This document shows, in pieces, positions 63,388 through 64,000 of a stretch of DNA of 64,000 nucleotides. Each line of letters opens with the position of its first letter. Position 1 is the first letter of the stretch. The stretch comes from Polyangiaceae bacterium. Its GTDB lineage: Bacteria; Myxococcota_A; Polyangia; Polyangiales; Polyangiaceae. The notes beneath the pieces are model-generated. The model had not been told where the DNA came from. It saw only the letters and a list, made by a program, of their open reading frames with translations, and made no database searches. The position numbers were made by a program, and so were the translations under genes. The stretch lies in contig JBILLK010000034.1 in the NCBI GenBank assembly GCA_044376115.1, positions 47,596 to 111,595 of the forward strand, given 5' to 3'.

Positions 63388-64000
63388 ATGACTGACGGTT
63401 CCGTCTTGGCCCACGCACACACTTTCCCTTCGCGAGCCTCTCGTACCAGGTTCGCGCGCTGGCTGCGCGGGGGCTTGGCGAGCCTAGCCGTTGCAGCGAT
63501 TGGCGGGATTGCCGGTTGCAGCGAATCAGAGGAGAGCTCCTCGGGAGAGTCGGGTCGCGGGCCGGGTGAAGAAGTCGTTGAAAGCGTTGCCTCCGAGCTG
63601 GTTGGAACCGACGGCGCGTTGACCGTGACGGCGGCCAATACTGTATTGAATCAGTACGCCGTGCTCTCGGCGAACGTGGCGGCTGGGGCAACCAGTCTCA
63701 CGGTGTCCAATATCGCGGACCTGACGAGCCCAACGCTTGGTGCGATCGCGGCTGGGGACCTGATCCTCATCTCGCAGGCGCAGGGAGCCACCATCGACCA
63801 AACCGATACAACGGCCTACGGCACGGTGACTGCGCTCAACGGCGCTGGGCGTTATGAGATCGTCAGCGTGGTTGGCGTACAAGGCAATACGCTGACCGTT
63901 GACTCGAGCTGTGGTGGATTGCAATTTGCCTATCAAGCTGCGGGCAATACCCAGGTTGTGCGCATCCCCCAGTTTACGACGCTAACCGTCAATGCCGGCG
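63388..64000 (+). CDS. Partial (3'-truncated by window edge) exported lipoprotein with AgmC-like N-terminal region
   Basis: Not in the ORF track. ATG 63388 with SD AAGAGG, open to the window end; lipobox IAGC; DGALTVTAANTVLNQYA...AGDLILI.Q.QGA...AGRYE...QVVRIPQFTTLTV resembles AgmC-like adhesin N-termini (from memory). Confidence 0.7.
   Translation, partial: MTDGSVLAHAHTFPSRASRTRFARWLRGGLASLAVAAIGGIAGCSESEESSSGESGRGPGEEVVESVASELVGTDGALTVTAANTVLNQYAVLSANVAAGATSLTVSNIADLTSPTLGAIAAGDLILISQAQGATIDQTDTTAYGTVTALNGAGRYEIVSVVGVQGNTLTVDSSCGGLQFAYQAAGNTQVVRIPQFTTLTVNAG

Noticed and set aside
1..64000. tRNA/rRNA genes, IS elements, integrases, prophage or recognised anti-phage defence genes
   Set aside because: None were recognisable. 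Intergenic gaps are short and lack tRNA T-loop motifs or terminal inverted repeats. The patatin has no CBASS-type neighbours.

Overview
GC-rich (roughly 63-65% by eye), gene-dense chromosomal window that looks like a myxobacterium, probably Polyangiaceae. The evidence is Gly-rich-linker lipoproteins, myxobacterial Cys-rich repeats, a MYXO-CTERM tail and an AgmC-like ORF. It holds about 60 CDS. I found no rRNA, tRNA, CRISPR array, IS element or prophage. Recognisable blocks: an NAD-dependent formate dehydrogenase operon fdsGBAD (no fdsC); an RND efflux pair flanked by two TetR genes, with three 22-bp operators; trmK; a pssA-ccsA-hemA-hemC-GH57 operon; selO; arsH; yaeQ; and a compact zinc-starvation island (DUF3299 ABC system, COG0523 GTPase, FAD oxidoreductase, Fur/Zur regulator, Zn-free L33, DUF1826) carrying three TGCAAC-N3-GTTGCA/G palindromes. 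The most notable observations are: (1) an orphan halogenase resembling the peptide halogenase MibH, heading an apparent operon with two exported proteins; (2) an unannotated HipA/PI3K-like kinase translationally coupled to TerC; (3) a window-wide TANNNT hexamer 6-9 nt upstream of start codons, suggesting extensive leaderless transcription; (4) an uncharacterised CxxC-bearing flavoprotein inside the Zur regulon; and (5) a divergent SMP-30 lactonase / gulonolactone-oxidase-like gene pair. All family assignments come from motif recognition and memory, not from database searches.
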